A stretch of DNA of 64,000 bases from Histomonas meleagridis 2922-C6/04-290x (Eukaryota; Protista; Parabasalia): NCBI GenBank assembly GCA_020184695.1, contig JAANOX010000098.1, positions 124,001-188,000 of the forward strand. Reading direction: 5' to 3'. The notes below the pieces were generated by a model. The model had not been told where the DNA came from and ran no database searches. It saw nothing but the letters and a program-made list of their open reading frames with translations. The translations under genes and the position numbers were made by a program. Position 1 is the stretch's first letter. Each line of letters starts with the position of its first letter. Shown one piece after another: positions 43,601 through 54,215 of this stretch.

Positions 43601-44249
43601 CATAACCAAACGAAAATTTGAAGATGGCGTCATTGATGCATAATGATAATAAATCAACAAGCGAACTAATAACTTCTTCTGTCGTTTCAAAAATAGCATC
43701 AATAAGATCAGAAAAAATAGTGCCTTTGCTTAATGAGATAACGACTAAATTGCGATATAAATCTCCAATCTCACAAAAATTAATAAGCCAGTCAATGACT
43801 TCAATCGCTTCATCTGTAGAGCCTGATAAAATGAGTTTAGGAAGAAGCGTTGATGCTGAATCAAAAATTTGTGGGAGAATACTTGATATTGAAGAGGGAA
43901 TCTTAGATTCGTTTTTGGTTGCAGTTTGATGATATTTACAAAAACCTGTTGGCTTCCATTGGTATGGGTCGCCACAATCGCAGTTCCCTAATGCTTCTGT
44001 ACAAATAATAATTGAGTGACCTTCATGATTACCATTTAGAAAACATTTAAGACAAACACACGCATTATCTAGTATCTTGCAATCTAAGCACGTTACAGAA
44101 AGTTGATTTTTGGACCAACTTTCTTGACATTTGCAAACATGAGTATCACGACTCAAATATTCAAGAAGATCTTCAAATTCATCGAATTCTGCATGCTCAC
44201 AAAGAAGTGATTCCCATTCTTTAATTGGACTACTTTTTTCTTGTTCCAT
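40659..44249 (-). CDS. UBR1: UBR-box (N-recognin) E3 ubiquitin ligase, UBR1/2-like
   Basis: zf-UBR CxxC...CLKCF..GNHEGH...GNCDCGD..WK..GFCKYH. RING-like CCSCQ...CTHLIHQKC...CPIDR. C-terminal PPVYLDELG. Confidence 0.85.
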   Translation of the reverse strand: MEQEKSSPIKEWESLLCEHAEFDEFEDLLEYLSRDTHVCKCQESWSKNQLSVTCLDCKILDNACVCLKCFLNGNHEGHSIIICTEALGNCDCGDPYQWKPTGFCKYHQTATKNESKIPSSISSILPQIFDSASTLLPKLILSGSTDEAIEVIDWLINFCEIGDLYRNLVVISLSKGTIFSDLIDAIFETTEEVISSLVDLLSLCINDAIFKFSFGYVYITRTLDMLNKNYQLLLSGDNQKVEPFLNLCFHFYKDYILLECVQRRNFDLVKCLLDQIEKYQNIKLSLVNNERFRESEIFSNYFNVFVGFIEVIKDENFKDYYQKLFNGLTDIFLDKSILYYTNIKEVKEKNIFFQYGEYNYYLRKLTQQMDKKENLEIDIISIINKFDDYFKSIYQNKQNLNVSLFNGCSICIFLNPYLLLKSLLLKLKENVKNINNEFLYLVSINVQRILLSNDIYNHKISPGNFALEYFLFRLTISDLFILMQMCIGFYQDKEKMINTIAHTIGIFDEDNEHKNDLIYFIFIHFISNLIFDRLEISLNKKEKVNQKLISKLLFKQKLFKPLQKVFKSPPLVNIKTIKEHLESISTSSPSLNGTMFKLKSKTLWDPLAPIYHSNKILAIYSKYISKYPNELMPFKPFLEEPFGMDLHSVLFSKTLLAIEYYILLCKNSQETNQLIINLLLTTSKFYTKTSNKTLENTIIYVNNIEELITKIPNDFESLMYQKYQFQNYSSKSFVDLISELGKIGQNALLQMNISYEIPKTNNNNNNEKKTSNNNKLNALKNSILSSFNTKIEQFENDNKNELDKNDSNDEHIEQCCSCQTILKENEILCYPLYMYSSTLPLKYDNYGNVNYVKCFTLCTHLIHQKCGDNTECPIDRYFRNLYLPKIENRNDLYNEKDVIENVNEFVAKFDDVNQIFLAFCSIIVLYEVRLRNNSQCLNNKKYFGLVRNFFLALKVIYHQNIENFNVLTYSIFQSFILDLIKCDSPETKINEIIHKNIINLKDKELNLFLRRIKLTEFFALNNNFDNYDNLINELTNKDLCNKYNIVYNGNEYVFDPYKLISMPKNFLHFALEPFNLYHELVTTETECFICLNDSKVIETELNDDLKELFNDSFDQFHLIMNLNLWQSRILFVLHTDDSPDPYFYDVPPVYLDELGNVQIGFGLNGFEIFLSDERLEKLADDFISGEIMKYVAFEDE

Positions 44250-44274
44250 AAAGCAAATGTCAAAAGCAGGAAGG

Positions 44275-44327
44275 AAAAACGATCGTTTTCAAGTGAATTG
44301 TCATACAAAAAGTTTTATCGTTCTTCT
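44275..44327. repeat. 53-bp dispersed noncoding element, copy 1
   Basis: 50/53 identical to 53367..53419. Begins with the 14-bp palindrome AAAACGATCGTTTT. Confidence 0.85.
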
Positions 44328-44386
44328 CATTTTGTAGTGAGGCGCATTGAAATCTAGATTCAACATATTGAATTCGGGCGGTTAAA

Positions 44387-45787
44387 ATGAGCCGCCCCTT
44401 AATTGAGGTAAAGTATTGTATTCCAAAATTAACACCAAGCCTTGATAGGGAATTTATGGGAATTCGGCTGAAACTTGTTTCACACTCCTACGAAATAAAT
44501 ATACCATTGCTTGAGTGTTGGAAATCATATTTTCATCCTCCTTGGGTTTTTCTCACTCATATGATTACAGTTTTTTGTCTTATCTATTTTGCATGTAATG
44601 TTGCCCTTCCAACAACTAGTGCAATCCATGGCAATCATGATGTATTTTTGGAAGAACTTTTTCCATCTTTAGAAGAAGAAATCCCATTTCGTGAAGTTCC
44701 TGACATTTCAGAATACATTGAATCATTTGGCGAAAAACTTGATATGCTTGCAAATGATTCTTTTTTTAATCTACATTTTATTAATGAATCAAAACCTTAT
44801 ACACTTACAACACTTTTCAAAAATGGAACTCTTTCAGATATTACATATATAACAGAAATTTCTATCGATTTTCTTCATCACATCCAAAACTTTGAAATCA
44901 GTACAGAATTCTGGATTGTTGATGAAAAAGCGCCAATAACAGGTTGTACTCAATGGTATGCCAGTGTATTATTCGAGACATCACAAAGTAGTTTTTGTGT
45001 TCATTTTACGCCTACACTTGATCACACACAATGTGATGATGATATTTTTCTTCAAACAAATCTCGAAAGAAATTCATTATCATTATATCACATCAGCCTT
45101 AAGCTCCTAACAAGTCTCACTATCATTGTCTCCATCTCTGCCGTAAATGCGTTCAGTGATTTCTTCTCTCGCATCAAAAGGCGTAACCGTCTGACCAAAA
45201 CCGTCTCATCGTTCTATGACTTGGGTGCGTTTGAGCAGTTCCATCAGGTTATTGGCTTTTGGTCACCATTTTTCCTCGTTAGTTATATATTCTCTATTTT
45301 CTGTTGCGTGTTTTCACTGGTTGATATCCATCATCTTACCCAATACCCATCATTTGGATCTTTATGCTTTTTTGGAGCTATGTTTTGTCTGATGATATCA
45401 TTGACCTTAAGATGGATGATGCCATTTAGTCAGGTTTATCGTGTTGCTTCCATCATTCGACTTGCATTTGGAATGTTATTATCAGTAAGTGTTTCTCTTT
45501 CTCCATTCTTTTTCGCCCTAATGTTTGTGAGTATTTTCTTGTTTGGATTTGTGTGCGAATATTCGGATTCCTTCATGAAATTGTTTGAGGCAATTTTGAG
45601 TTTAACATTTGGTGATCAACTTGCAACTGTATATGAGAAATATACAGATAGATCGGAAAGATATAACATGTTCGCTTTCTTGTTCGTGACATTAATGGTT
45701 GCTGTTGGAATGTGGCTCTTCTTTACGACTTTCACAGCTTCAATAACTTATTTGCATAGACATTACATGGCAAGAATTGTTATTTAA
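44387..45787 (+). CDS. Mucolipin/TRPML-like cation channel
   Basis: One N-terminal TM, a large luminal loop, then five TMs. Pore-like LFEAILSLTFGDQ (TRPML: ECLFSLINGDD), followed by S6 LFFTTFTASITY. Confidence 0.7.
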   Translation: MSRPLIEVKYCIPKLTPSLDREFMGIRLKLVSHSYEINIPLLECWKSYFHPPWVFLTHMITVFCLIYFACNVALPTTSAIHGNHDVFLEELFPSLEEEIPFREVPDISEYIESFGEKLDMLANDSFFNLHFINESKPYTLTTLFKNGTLSDITYITEISIDFLHHIQNFEISTEFWIVDEKAPITGCTQWYASVLFETSQSSFCVHFTPTLDHTQCDDDIFLQTNLERNSLSLYHISLKLLTSLTIIVSISAVNAFSDFFSRIKRRNRLTKTVSSFYDLGAFEQFHQVIGFWSPFFLVSYIFSIFCCVFSLVDIHHLTQYPSFGSLCFFGAMFCLMISLTLRWMMPFSQVYRVASIIRLAFGMLLSVSVSLSPFFFALMFVSIFLFGFVCEYSDSFMKLFEAILSLTFGDQLATVYEKYTDRSERYNMFAFLFVTLMVAVGMWLFFTTFTASITYLHRHYMARIVI

Positions 45788-46214
45788 TAAAAATGAAAAC
45801 GTGAATTTTTTTTTGATTTGATCTCCAATAATAGATTAAATATTTGATAGTGTCGTTTTAATTTTAATCTAAATAGGATGTTAACTAATTTAAAAGATAT
45901 CAATTATTCTTTTACATATTAATTAGATTAGTCTGATTTTCTTCATAGTATTTTAGATTTTGCATAATTTACAAATGCCATTTTGAAGTAATAGAAAATC
46001 AATTAGCAATTTATAAATTCTATTACAATTTACCTATCTTTACAAGATTAAATTGTTACTGAAAAAAAAAGTTATTTATTGAAATTAAAGAAACAAAATT
46101 ATAAACACTAACCAAGAATATGTGTTGCATTCTCCAATGTATTTGAGTTGAAAAAGGATATATTTTTTTAAGTGTGACATGTTATATGAAATGAATTAAC
46201 CAAAGCATTCCAAA

Positions 46215-47468
46215 ATGGAAAACAAAGAAGAAAATTTCGACATTTCAAATGCATTTATTGGTGTTGCGATCGCATCGTTTGATATGAGATCTGGAATTAA
46301 AATTCTTGAGCAATGGAACCTACAACATGTTGATGATTTTACAGAAAATTTAAATTTTTCTTTTAGAATGGTTCTTGGTAATGTCCATCGACAAGGAGAA
46401 GAATGGCTTTTAAATTTTCTTCAACAAAACATTGTTATTCATCAACTTGATTGGTTCATCTCAAATTCTACTTTTATCATAAAGCGCCCAAAAGATGTGT
46501 ACTATGCTATCCAAATCATTTTAAAGCAAAATGAAGAATTTCAATCTGTGCCAGTTACAAATATTCTTCATTCATTTTTACAATATCTCACAATTGCAGC
46601 TAAAAATCTCATTAACAAAAATGATTCCTTATCTAAACTAAAGCCTCTTATTGACAAAAAGGTTGATGAATTCAAGATCATTTTAAAATCCGGATTTACT
46701 AATCTTCCAAATTTCAATATTATTCCTGTTGAAAATGTATTCTTTTCAACATGCCTAACATCACATCTTCAAACTCATATGAATACTATTATTGAAACCA
46801 CCTCAATTCAAGAATGTGAAAATCTATTAAATTTCTTATCACACTTTACATTACCTTATCAAAAGCGTTTTTCATCTTTATCTTTGTCCCCGACCCCAAC
46901 GCCGGGTCTATTTTTACAATGTGTTCAACGTCAAACAATTCCTATTGAAGATATCCTCATCGAATTTCCAACTCCGTGTACATGGATTCGATTTCCTGAG
47001 CGCCAGATCATTCAGACGCCGTCCTTGGATGCACATCGGAACATTCATCTTGAATATCTGAATGTTACATCAATGAACGATTTTGATGATCCCGAGGTCA
47101 AAAAGCGATCATCGAAACTTAAGCAACAACTTAAGTTGTCCAATGTTAATGGATATGTTCATTGGGCCAATAATGTTGTTTCATTAGTAATTAAAAATGA
47201 TCGCGCAAAACATTTCATATGTGATCAATACTTAAGCTCATTGATTAAAACAGCTTTAATGGTTACGGCGATGGCTGATTCGTACATAAGAAAGCAATGC
47301 ACGCTGCCAGTGCAATTGGATTGCGTCGCATCGATAATGAGAATGATGAAGGTGTCGTTTAAGGATGACGCGTTGTTGATTGTGAACGTGGCTCAGATTT
47401 ATGACCCGGAAATACAGAAAAAACTCGGATTAAGCAAAAAGGTGTCGTTACAATTGAAATTAGTATGA
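46215..47468 (+). CDS. C9orf72-like DENN/longin-domain protein
   Basis: FIGVAIASFDMRSGIKILEQW resembles the C9orf72 start (AATFAYWDNILGPRVRHIW). PGLFLQCV is also consistent. Confidence 0.6.
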   Translation: MENKEENFDISNAFIGVAIASFDMRSGIKILEQWNLQHVDDFTENLNFSFRMVLGNVHRQGEEWLLNFLQQNIVIHQLDWFISNSTFIIKRPKDVYYAIQIILKQNEEFQSVPVTNILHSFLQYLTIAAKNLINKNDSLSKLKPLIDKKVDEFKIILKSGFTNLPNFNIIPVENVFFSTCLTSHLQTHMNTIIETTSIQECENLLNFLSHFTLPYQKRFSSLSLSPTPTPGLFLQCVQRQTIPIEDILIEFPTPCTWIRFPERQIIQTPSLDAHRNIHLEYLNVTSMNDFDDPEVKKRSSKLKQQLKLSNVNGYVHWANNVVSLVIKNDRAKHFICDQYLSSLIKTALMVTAMADSYIRKQCTLPVQLDCVASIMRMMKVSFKDDALLIVNVAQIYDPEIQKKLGLSKKVSLQLKLV

Positions 47469-48311
47469 TTGTTAATAAACAAATGAGAAAACATATTTTG
47501 TAGTAAAACGATAATTTTCGACCGAAATTTTATCAGACTGTGTTTGATTTAGAGCTATCGTTTTTTAATACCACTATGTGTTGGAGATCTCAGCTTAATA
47601 AAAGAAACAATTTTTCTTTCATAAGAATATGTTATTAATAATATTGACATGTGCTGATTAAATAGAGGTTTGAGCTCAAATAATAATTGTTGTCTAGAAA
47701 AATTGTGTTACATTTTTTTAATTATACAAATAAAAAGTTTTCGCATGCTTGAATTAAATTTCGAGATACCAATTGGTTTTCTTAATTTAATATTTATTGA
47801 TTTATTTTTATGCTTAAACTAATTTCCACATTTTCGAAAATAGAGATCAATTTCAAACACCAAAGACTTCAACTTATTTTACCTCTTTCCTGTTTTAGAT
47901 GAAATTTAACTATATTGTTAAATTAAGTGACTTTTAATAGTTTAATTAATTTCCAAAAATATTAAAATAATCATTAAAGAAAATTAATTTAAATTATTGT
48001 AACTATTTCTGACTGACGATTATTAGATGCAAGCTTACACGATCACTTAGTAATTTATTTATCCTTATAATTTTTCTATTTATTGATTTAAAACTATGTT
48101 TTAAGTCTGATGACAAAAAATCATTAATTTCCAAAAAGGTTTCAAATTAAAAACACTTTAAGTTAGTAAATTCACCATAAAAGCGAAAAACAAAAAATAT
48201 TCCATAACAAATTTAAATATCATCAAACTACTTAATTCATTTTAATTCAAATTTTTATAAAATTTTATTGTTCTTTTTATGTAATAAATTTTTTATTTAC
48301 ATTTTTATTTT

Positions 48312-49703
48312 TCATTGCGCCTCCTTTGATATTTCTTCAATAAAGTTATCCAAAGCTATTGTTGCTTCTTTAGTTTTTGGGTCATCTCTTGTCAATAATT
48401 CCTCGATCATTTCTTTTGCGTCACTTTCTTCTACCCACTGCATTGCATCAGCTGGACTTGAACTTTCCAGGAAAGTTTTTAATAAAGCGCCATAAGCATT
48501 TACGAGCATATATTCCAAATCTATCGAAGAAGTTTGAGCTATATCCGCGATGTTTATTTGGAATTGCTTCTCAAGGAAATAGTTATGTACATCCGAAGAA
48601 AAACAAATTGCTGTCGAACAACAAATTGTAATTTCATTTTTTAGTCTATAACTACAATTCTGAGAATATTGCTCAAAGATTTGGAATAAATTTAAATCAA
48701 ACATAATGTTTATTGTTTCAGGCATAGACTCAAACATATTTCCAATTGCATAAATTGTTTCAATTACAATTTTTAAGTCTTGAATTTGTAATAAAGAAAT
48801 AAATGTCTCGAAATTGATTTGGAAATGAATTGGCATTTCGAGTGCATTTGCAATAAAATTAATAATTGAGCGTAATAACTTGATTTTTACGAATGGACTT
48901 TCTTTTAATGCTTCTAAAACAACAAATGCATTTTGCAAATAATCATTTTCGCGAATAAAGTCTTGGATCTCGGGTTTAAACTCTTCGTTAATAATTTCAA
49001 AGAGTAAATGAACAGGAACAATTGTAGTTTCATAATTTTTAAGAATTTCGAAAGTTTGTGAAATAATGCATTCGAAAATTTCGAGTGGGACATCATGATA
49101 TTTGGTTAAGGATTGTAAAAGATTTATAACACTGTCAACTTGTTGTTTATATTGAACAGTTGACTGAAGTAATGAAAAAAGATCTTTGATTTCAATGTGA
49201 TTTAGAATTTCATTTCGATATTGAAGGCCTTTAAAACAGATATAATAAAAAAGATTATAGAAGTGAGCTATGTCATCCATTCTTAATGAAAATAATTTTG
49301 TTGAGATTGGAATAAGATCACTTTTGACTAATATCTCAAAATATTTATTTGTTGATGGGTTATATATTAAGTTAATGATACATTGGATAGCCTTATCTTG
49401 AGTTTCAATACTATAGTTTGGTTTCAATAGATCTAAAATATACACATGAATTCTACTTTGCTCAAAAATTGGAAAATAACCAAAGTTTTTAGAATAAGTT
49501 ACAACATTGAACTTATCTAATAAGGTTTGAAATTGAGAAAAATCATTGGTTTCAATTGCATTTTTCATTTCCATAAAAATTTTGTCAACACCAAGAGCAA
49601 AAGATTTACACGTTTCATTTTTTATACTTAAATCTTTATTTGTTGGATCTAATATGCAATCAATAACGCTACCTTGGGAAGAAGTACCCTTGTATTCTCC
49701 CAT
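48312..49703 (-). CDS. ARM-repeat (importin-alpha-like) protein
   Basis: Helical repeats (IVIETIYAIGNM, LKNEITICCSTAI). ATG 49703 gives MGEYKG; the track's 49751 start is TTG. Confidence 0.6.
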   Translation of the reverse strand: MGEYKGTSSQGSVIDCILDPTNKDLSIKNETCKSFALGVDKIFMEMKNAIETNDFSQFQTLLDKFNVVTYSKNFGYFPIFEQSRIHVYILDLLKPNYSIETQDKAIQCIINLIYNPSTNKYFEILVKSDLIPISTKLFSLRMDDIAHFYNLFYYICFKGLQYRNEILNHIEIKDLFSLLQSTVQYKQQVDSVINLLQSLTKYHDVPLEIFECIISQTFEILKNYETTIVPVHLLFEIINEEFKPEIQDFIRENDYLQNAFVVLEALKESPFVKIKLLRSIINFIANALEMPIHFQINFETFISLLQIQDLKIVIETIYAIGNMFESMPETINIMFDLNLFQIFEQYSQNCSYRLKNEITICCSTAICFSSDVHNYFLEKQFQINIADIAQTSSIDLEYMLVNAYGALLKTFLESSSPADAMQWVEESDAKEMIEELLTRDDPKTKEATIALDNFIEEISKEAQ

Positions 49704-49752
49704 TTGGAGAACGTTAACTTTTGGTCGGTTGTTTAAATTAACGTCTTCCAAA

Positions 49753-52700
49753 ATGCTCGTGGAAAACCAAAATGCACCATCTTCAAAAAATCAAATTAAT
49801 ATCATATCAATCATAGATAAATGCCATGAAAATGATTCAACAGTTTCAGAGTTTTTTCAATTAGTTCAACAAAACGAAGCAATATCTGATCATTATATTG
49901 AAGATGGAGATGAAGTTGAAAAATCACAAAAAGCTATGCCTGATGCGACTCATATAAGCGAATTAAAAAGTTTTCCACAAGAAGTAATTTCATTATTACC
50001 AAATGTACAAAATCGAATTTTTATGGGATATTTCCATCAAATAAATAGGCTTTACTGTACAGTTGACGACACACTTATTTTATGGGATCCAAATAATATT
50101 AAAAATATCCAAAAAATCACAGATGATAGTGGTAACATTACAGCTGTAGAAATAGCATATCCTGATCCTAAAGTATATACTAGCTCAATTTCATTTTTAC
50201 TTATATATTCTACAGATACTCAAATTACAATTTTACCAATTGATCATAATTTTAAAGTCATAAGTGATAATGCACAAGAGAGTAGCATTGTTCTTACCAC
50301 CTCTGGCTTTTCTATAACATCTATTACGGCATCCAAACTTCCGACAGATTATACAATATTTGTTGGGACCAATAAAGGTCAAGTATTTCCATTAGGGTAT
50401 CGCATCCGAGACATTGATTACACGCGCGAAGCCTATTTTATAACAAATGGCTCAACATTTCTACAAACGGTCACCTCATTTTTGCGCATTGCATCATTAC
50501 ATTTCTTTCCATCGCAAAATCCAATCATCAAAATTGCGTATGATGAGACCACCATGTTTTTAGCAGCACTTGATAACAAATCTACCATTAAATTTTATAC
50601 ATATCATGACAATACATTAACAAATGTATCAACTATTACCAAAGAAAATTATAGTACACAAATTGCAAATCAAAATGTCTTCCAAATTGTATCACTTGAT
50701 CCGATACCTATTTCAGATTCAAGTTTTTGTCGATTTGTATCATTCACACAAGATGGAACACGAATTTTTTATGGAACAAATCCGGGCGTATTTACACGTA
50801 TTGATGAAATCCGAATACTTAAAGAGTTATTATTACCTAATGATGTTCGTAATGACATTAATTTAATTGGTGGATATTATGGGTTAAATACATCCATCTT
50901 AACATGTTTAAATCAAGTTATAGTGTTACGACCATTTTATTGTCCACATCAAACTTCATTACATCCTGATGAATATTTCCAAGTGTTTGATTTAGAAGAA
51001 CATCCGATAAATTTTGTTCGAGGTAATCATAATTTTATTGATAATTCTGGAATGATCTTTTATCATGAAATTATGTGGCAACATATCTCTGATATACCAT
51101 TTGGTTATTTAATATGTGTCGAAGGTTATTATAAATTAACATTTGATCGACCTGTCGATACATTAAATAATTTGATCGAAGAAACACAAGGGAATTATAC
51201 ATATAAGATAAAGAATTGGATGAGTTTTTATGAATATCAAGAAGAATCATCAGCAACTTTATTACTTTTAGCTTCGAAATATCCAAAACAAAAGAAAAGA
51301 GCATTGTTTATATTAACGCAATATTCGAAAGATTATTTGAAATCAATCGAAAAAACTTCATTAATTAATTATCCTGTTTTTTCAGCATTCATCTTAAGGA
51401 CTTCTCGTTTATTATCATTATTATGGTATTCGACAGTATTTATCCAAAAAGATAATAAATGGAAATTATCACCAATCTTTGATACATTACCAAATTTAAT
51501 ACAACCAGAATTAGAAACTTTATTACAATTAACGAAGTCTTATATTAAAAGTCGGAATTCTAATGTTGAAAATAAGAACAATGAACAACAAAACTTTTTA
51601 TTACAAGAAATTGAAATGATACAAGAATTAAATTCATATTTAATATCAATCATTGATATATTAAAGTTCATAAAGATTATAATACATCAAAAGATTAATA
51701 TAAATAAAGCAATATCATTAATATCAACAACATCACAAAAAAGACTTAGTGAATATCCTTTTGGACCTAATGAAGAAAACATTGAAAACAAAATATCATT
51801 TAAAGATAATAACATACAAAACTTAACTATATTTCATGCATTACGAGAATTTGCTTCTGCGTTATTACAACAACAAAATAATAACTCACAAAACATTCAT
51901 TTACGTAAATTACTTGAATCACAATGTCCGAACTTTTTTAGTGAAGCAGATTTACAAATTATGGATGTAACGAATCGATTACGGAATACTCCAATTAATG
52001 AACTTAATCCTCCATTACATTTATTAAATGAAGTTCGTGAAACATATTTAAAGAATATTACACAATCATTTAAACTTGAAGATATTGTTGACTTATTTTA
52101 TAAACATAAATATTATAAAGGTATCATTGACATCTGTTTAAAACGTGCCGCTGCTATTGATCCTACATTTTTAGCGATACAATGGTATAAAGGTAATCGT
52201 TATAAGACTGATGTCTTAGGTTGTTCAGCATTTGATAAGCGTTATGAATGTTATAAATGGTGTTTTAACTTAATTAATAATAAGGAAACACTTGATATGA
52301 TGATATCATCATCGGATGAATTATTTCATATTTGTTTATATAAGAAATTAATTGATGATGGAAAACTCGATTTATTATTAACATTAGTAACACCACATTT
52401 GAAACAATTCCTTGAAGAAAATGCTCCTGATAAATTATGGATGTATTCATATCAACAAGGTAATTATGAAGAATCCGCAATAAAACTTTATGAGTTAGCA
52501 ACTGATAATAATAAAGACTTTGAACTTGAAGAACGAATTCGTTGGATTAATAAAGTTATTATCATTGCTAACATTGCAGGTAATAATGAATTAATACAAA
52601 CAGCAAATTATATATTAAAATATGCAAACATTCAAAAGGAAATTAATAAAAGAAATAAAATCATCGAAAATAATAATAATAAACTCGAAACAGCACAAAA

Positions 52701-53229
52701 CTTATTCGATATATGTTGGAATCAATGTTATTATGATCTTTTATTAATCATTTTAAGTTGTTCGCCAATTATTAATGAAGATCGAGTAAAACTTATTAGT
52801 AAAATATGGACAAAGTTCTTGGAAGAACAACTTTGGAATGAACATTTAACTGTTGTCACACAAAGAATCCAATACACATTAAAGGATATAAATTCGGGTA
52901 ATGATATAATGAACCCGAAAATTGTGATGCCAATTCTCGAGGAATTTAAGTTCCAAAAAGATGGTAATGAACTTTGGGCAGTGCAAACAATGTTAAAATC
53001 CAATTTCGGTAAAACTGAAACATTGTTCGCTTATTTGGACGCATTGGAAAATCATCAGTTGCCTTTACAAATTAAATGTGAATTTATTTATTGCGTCGCG
53101 TTCCTGATTAAAGAAGGTGCCGAAGTTAGAAATAAATCGGTGGTAAAGGAATTGAAGGAATTCTTTATAAAGAACGCAAATAAGTTCAAATATTATGATG
53201 ACGCTTTCAAATTGATAAATAAATTATAA
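49753..53229 (+). CDS. NUP155: Nucleoporin Nup155/Nup170
   Basis: GYFHQINRLYCTVDDTLILWD, AFDKRYECYK and SSDELFHICLYKKLIDDGKLDLLLTLVTPHLKQFL match Nup155 blocks. ATG 49753 avoids overlap with the divergent ARM gene. Confidence 0.85.
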   Translation: MLVENQNAPSSKNQINIISIIDKCHENDSTVSEFFQLVQQNEAISDHYIEDGDEVEKSQKAMPDATHISELKSFPQEVISLLPNVQNRIFMGYFHQINRLYCTVDDTLILWDPNNIKNIQKITDDSGNITAVEIAYPDPKVYTSSISFLLIYSTDTQITILPIDHNFKVISDNAQESSIVLTTSGFSITSITASKLPTDYTIFVGTNKGQVFPLGYRIRDIDYTREAYFITNGSTFLQTVTSFLRIASLHFFPSQNPIIKIAYDETTMFLAALDNKSTIKFYTYHDNTLTNVSTITKENYSTQIANQNVFQIVSLDPIPISDSSFCRFVSFTQDGTRIFYGTNPGVFTRIDEIRILKELLLPNDVRNDINLIGGYYGLNTSILTCLNQVIVLRPFYCPHQTSLHPDEYFQVFDLEEHPINFVRGNHNFIDNSGMIFYHEIMWQHISDIPFGYLICVEGYYKLTFDRPVDTLNNLIEETQGNYTYKIKNWMSFYEYQEESSATLLLLASKYPKQKKRALFILTQYSKDYLKSIEKTSLINYPVFSAFILRTSRLLSLLWYSTVFIQKDNKWKLSPIFDTLPNLIQPELETLLQLTKSYIKSRNSNVENKNNEQQNFLLQEIEMIQELNSYLISIIDILKFIKIIIHQKININKAISLISTTSQKRLSEYPFGPNEENIENKISFKDNNIQNLTIFHALREFASALLQQQNNNSQNIHLRKLLESQCPNFFSEADLQIMDVTNRLRNTPINELNPPLHLLNEVRETYLKNITQSFKLEDIVDLFYKHKYYKGIIDICLKRAAAIDPTFLAIQWYKGNRYKTDVLGCSAFDKRYECYKWCFNLINNKETLDMMISSSDELFHICLYKKLIDDGKLDLLLTLVTPHLKQFLEENAPDKLWMYSYQQGNYEESAIKLYELATDNNKDFELEERIRWINKVIIIANIAGNNELIQTANYILKYANIQKEINKRNKIIENNNNKLETAQNLFDICWNQCYYDLLLIILSCSPIINEDRVKLISKIWTKFLEEQLWNEHLTVVTQRIQYTLKDINSGNDIMNPKIVMPILEEFKFQKDGNELWAVQTMLKSNFGKTETLFAYLDALENHQLPLQIKCEFIYCVAFLIKEGAEVRNKSVVKELKEFFIKNANKFKYYDDAFKLINKL

Positions 53230-53366
53230 GCAATAATAAATAATAAAAATTATTATTATTTTTTAAATTAAAAAAAAAAAAATTATTGTTCAAAATTTAA
53301 ATGTTGTATAAATTGATCCTTTTCATTAACCAAATTATGATAAGGTTTAAATTAAAAATGGAAAAT

Positions 53367-53419
53367 AAAAACGATCGGTTTCAAGTGAATTGTCTTACAA
53401 AAAGTTTTATCGTACTTCT
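53367..53419. repeat. 53-bp dispersed noncoding element, copy 2
   Basis: 50/53 identical to 44275..44327, same orientation. Confidence 0.85.
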
Positions 53420-54215
53420 GTTGTTTGTTGGCACTTTTTATTGTGATGTTTACACGGCAGTTTTTAACAAATTTTTCATCATTTTTTTCTTCAAGTGAAG
53501 CTTTGCTGACGATTTCTTGGTGTAAAACAGGACCGTTAAGTCACCCTCTTTCAATACAAACAGGTTTTTATCATGTTGATACTTCGTACAATATTTTTTA
53601 TGCTCCCACACTAAAGTAAGAGATTTTAATCATAATTTCGTGAACATATGTACCGGTGTCATCTGCCAGAGTTTGTGCTTTGCTTTTGACTGATTTATTT
53701 AAGCCTCATTTTTCGAAGCTCAAATGTTTACCAATTTCCATTTTTGCGTGATGCTTATTATGTCTTCATGCCACTTTTGCGTCACACGTATTCCACCTAA
53801 AATTTTTTGCAATAAATATTCATTTTTAAATTTTCAAAAAAACGAAACTCATAATTTTTTCACATCTAAAGTATACACGTCACTCCATGTAACAAACTTA
53901 ACTCATTTCTGTCGTGATATTTATTTAAATCTAGCCAATTCAACATATTTATCAAATCATTTTTATCATATTAATACAAACCCATTTCGCTCTATGTCAT
54001 TAATTTATCGAATTAGTTCATCACTTTACATTTATTTGTTTCGTTTAAGATCATATATTTTTTCAAATGATTCACACATTTTCTATTATTTAAATACAAA
54101 GTTTGAAATTATATCATTCACTAAATGCTTCTTCATAATAATATTTTTGATATTATACAAAAATTTGTTATCATCCATAAGAATAAATCACAAAACAAAA
54201 AACTCAAATAACAAA

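Noticed and set aside
49546-49751. About 200-bp antisense overlap of the Nup155 and ARM ORFs
   Set aside because: It arises from TTG or upstream starts in the ORF track. ATGs 49703 and 49753 give no overlap.
17363-53229. Apparent cluster of nuclear-transport genes (importin-beta-like, exportin-like, Nup155, three ARM proteins)
   Set aside because: They are dispersed among unrelated genes, and these families are expanded in trichomonads, so chance is likely.
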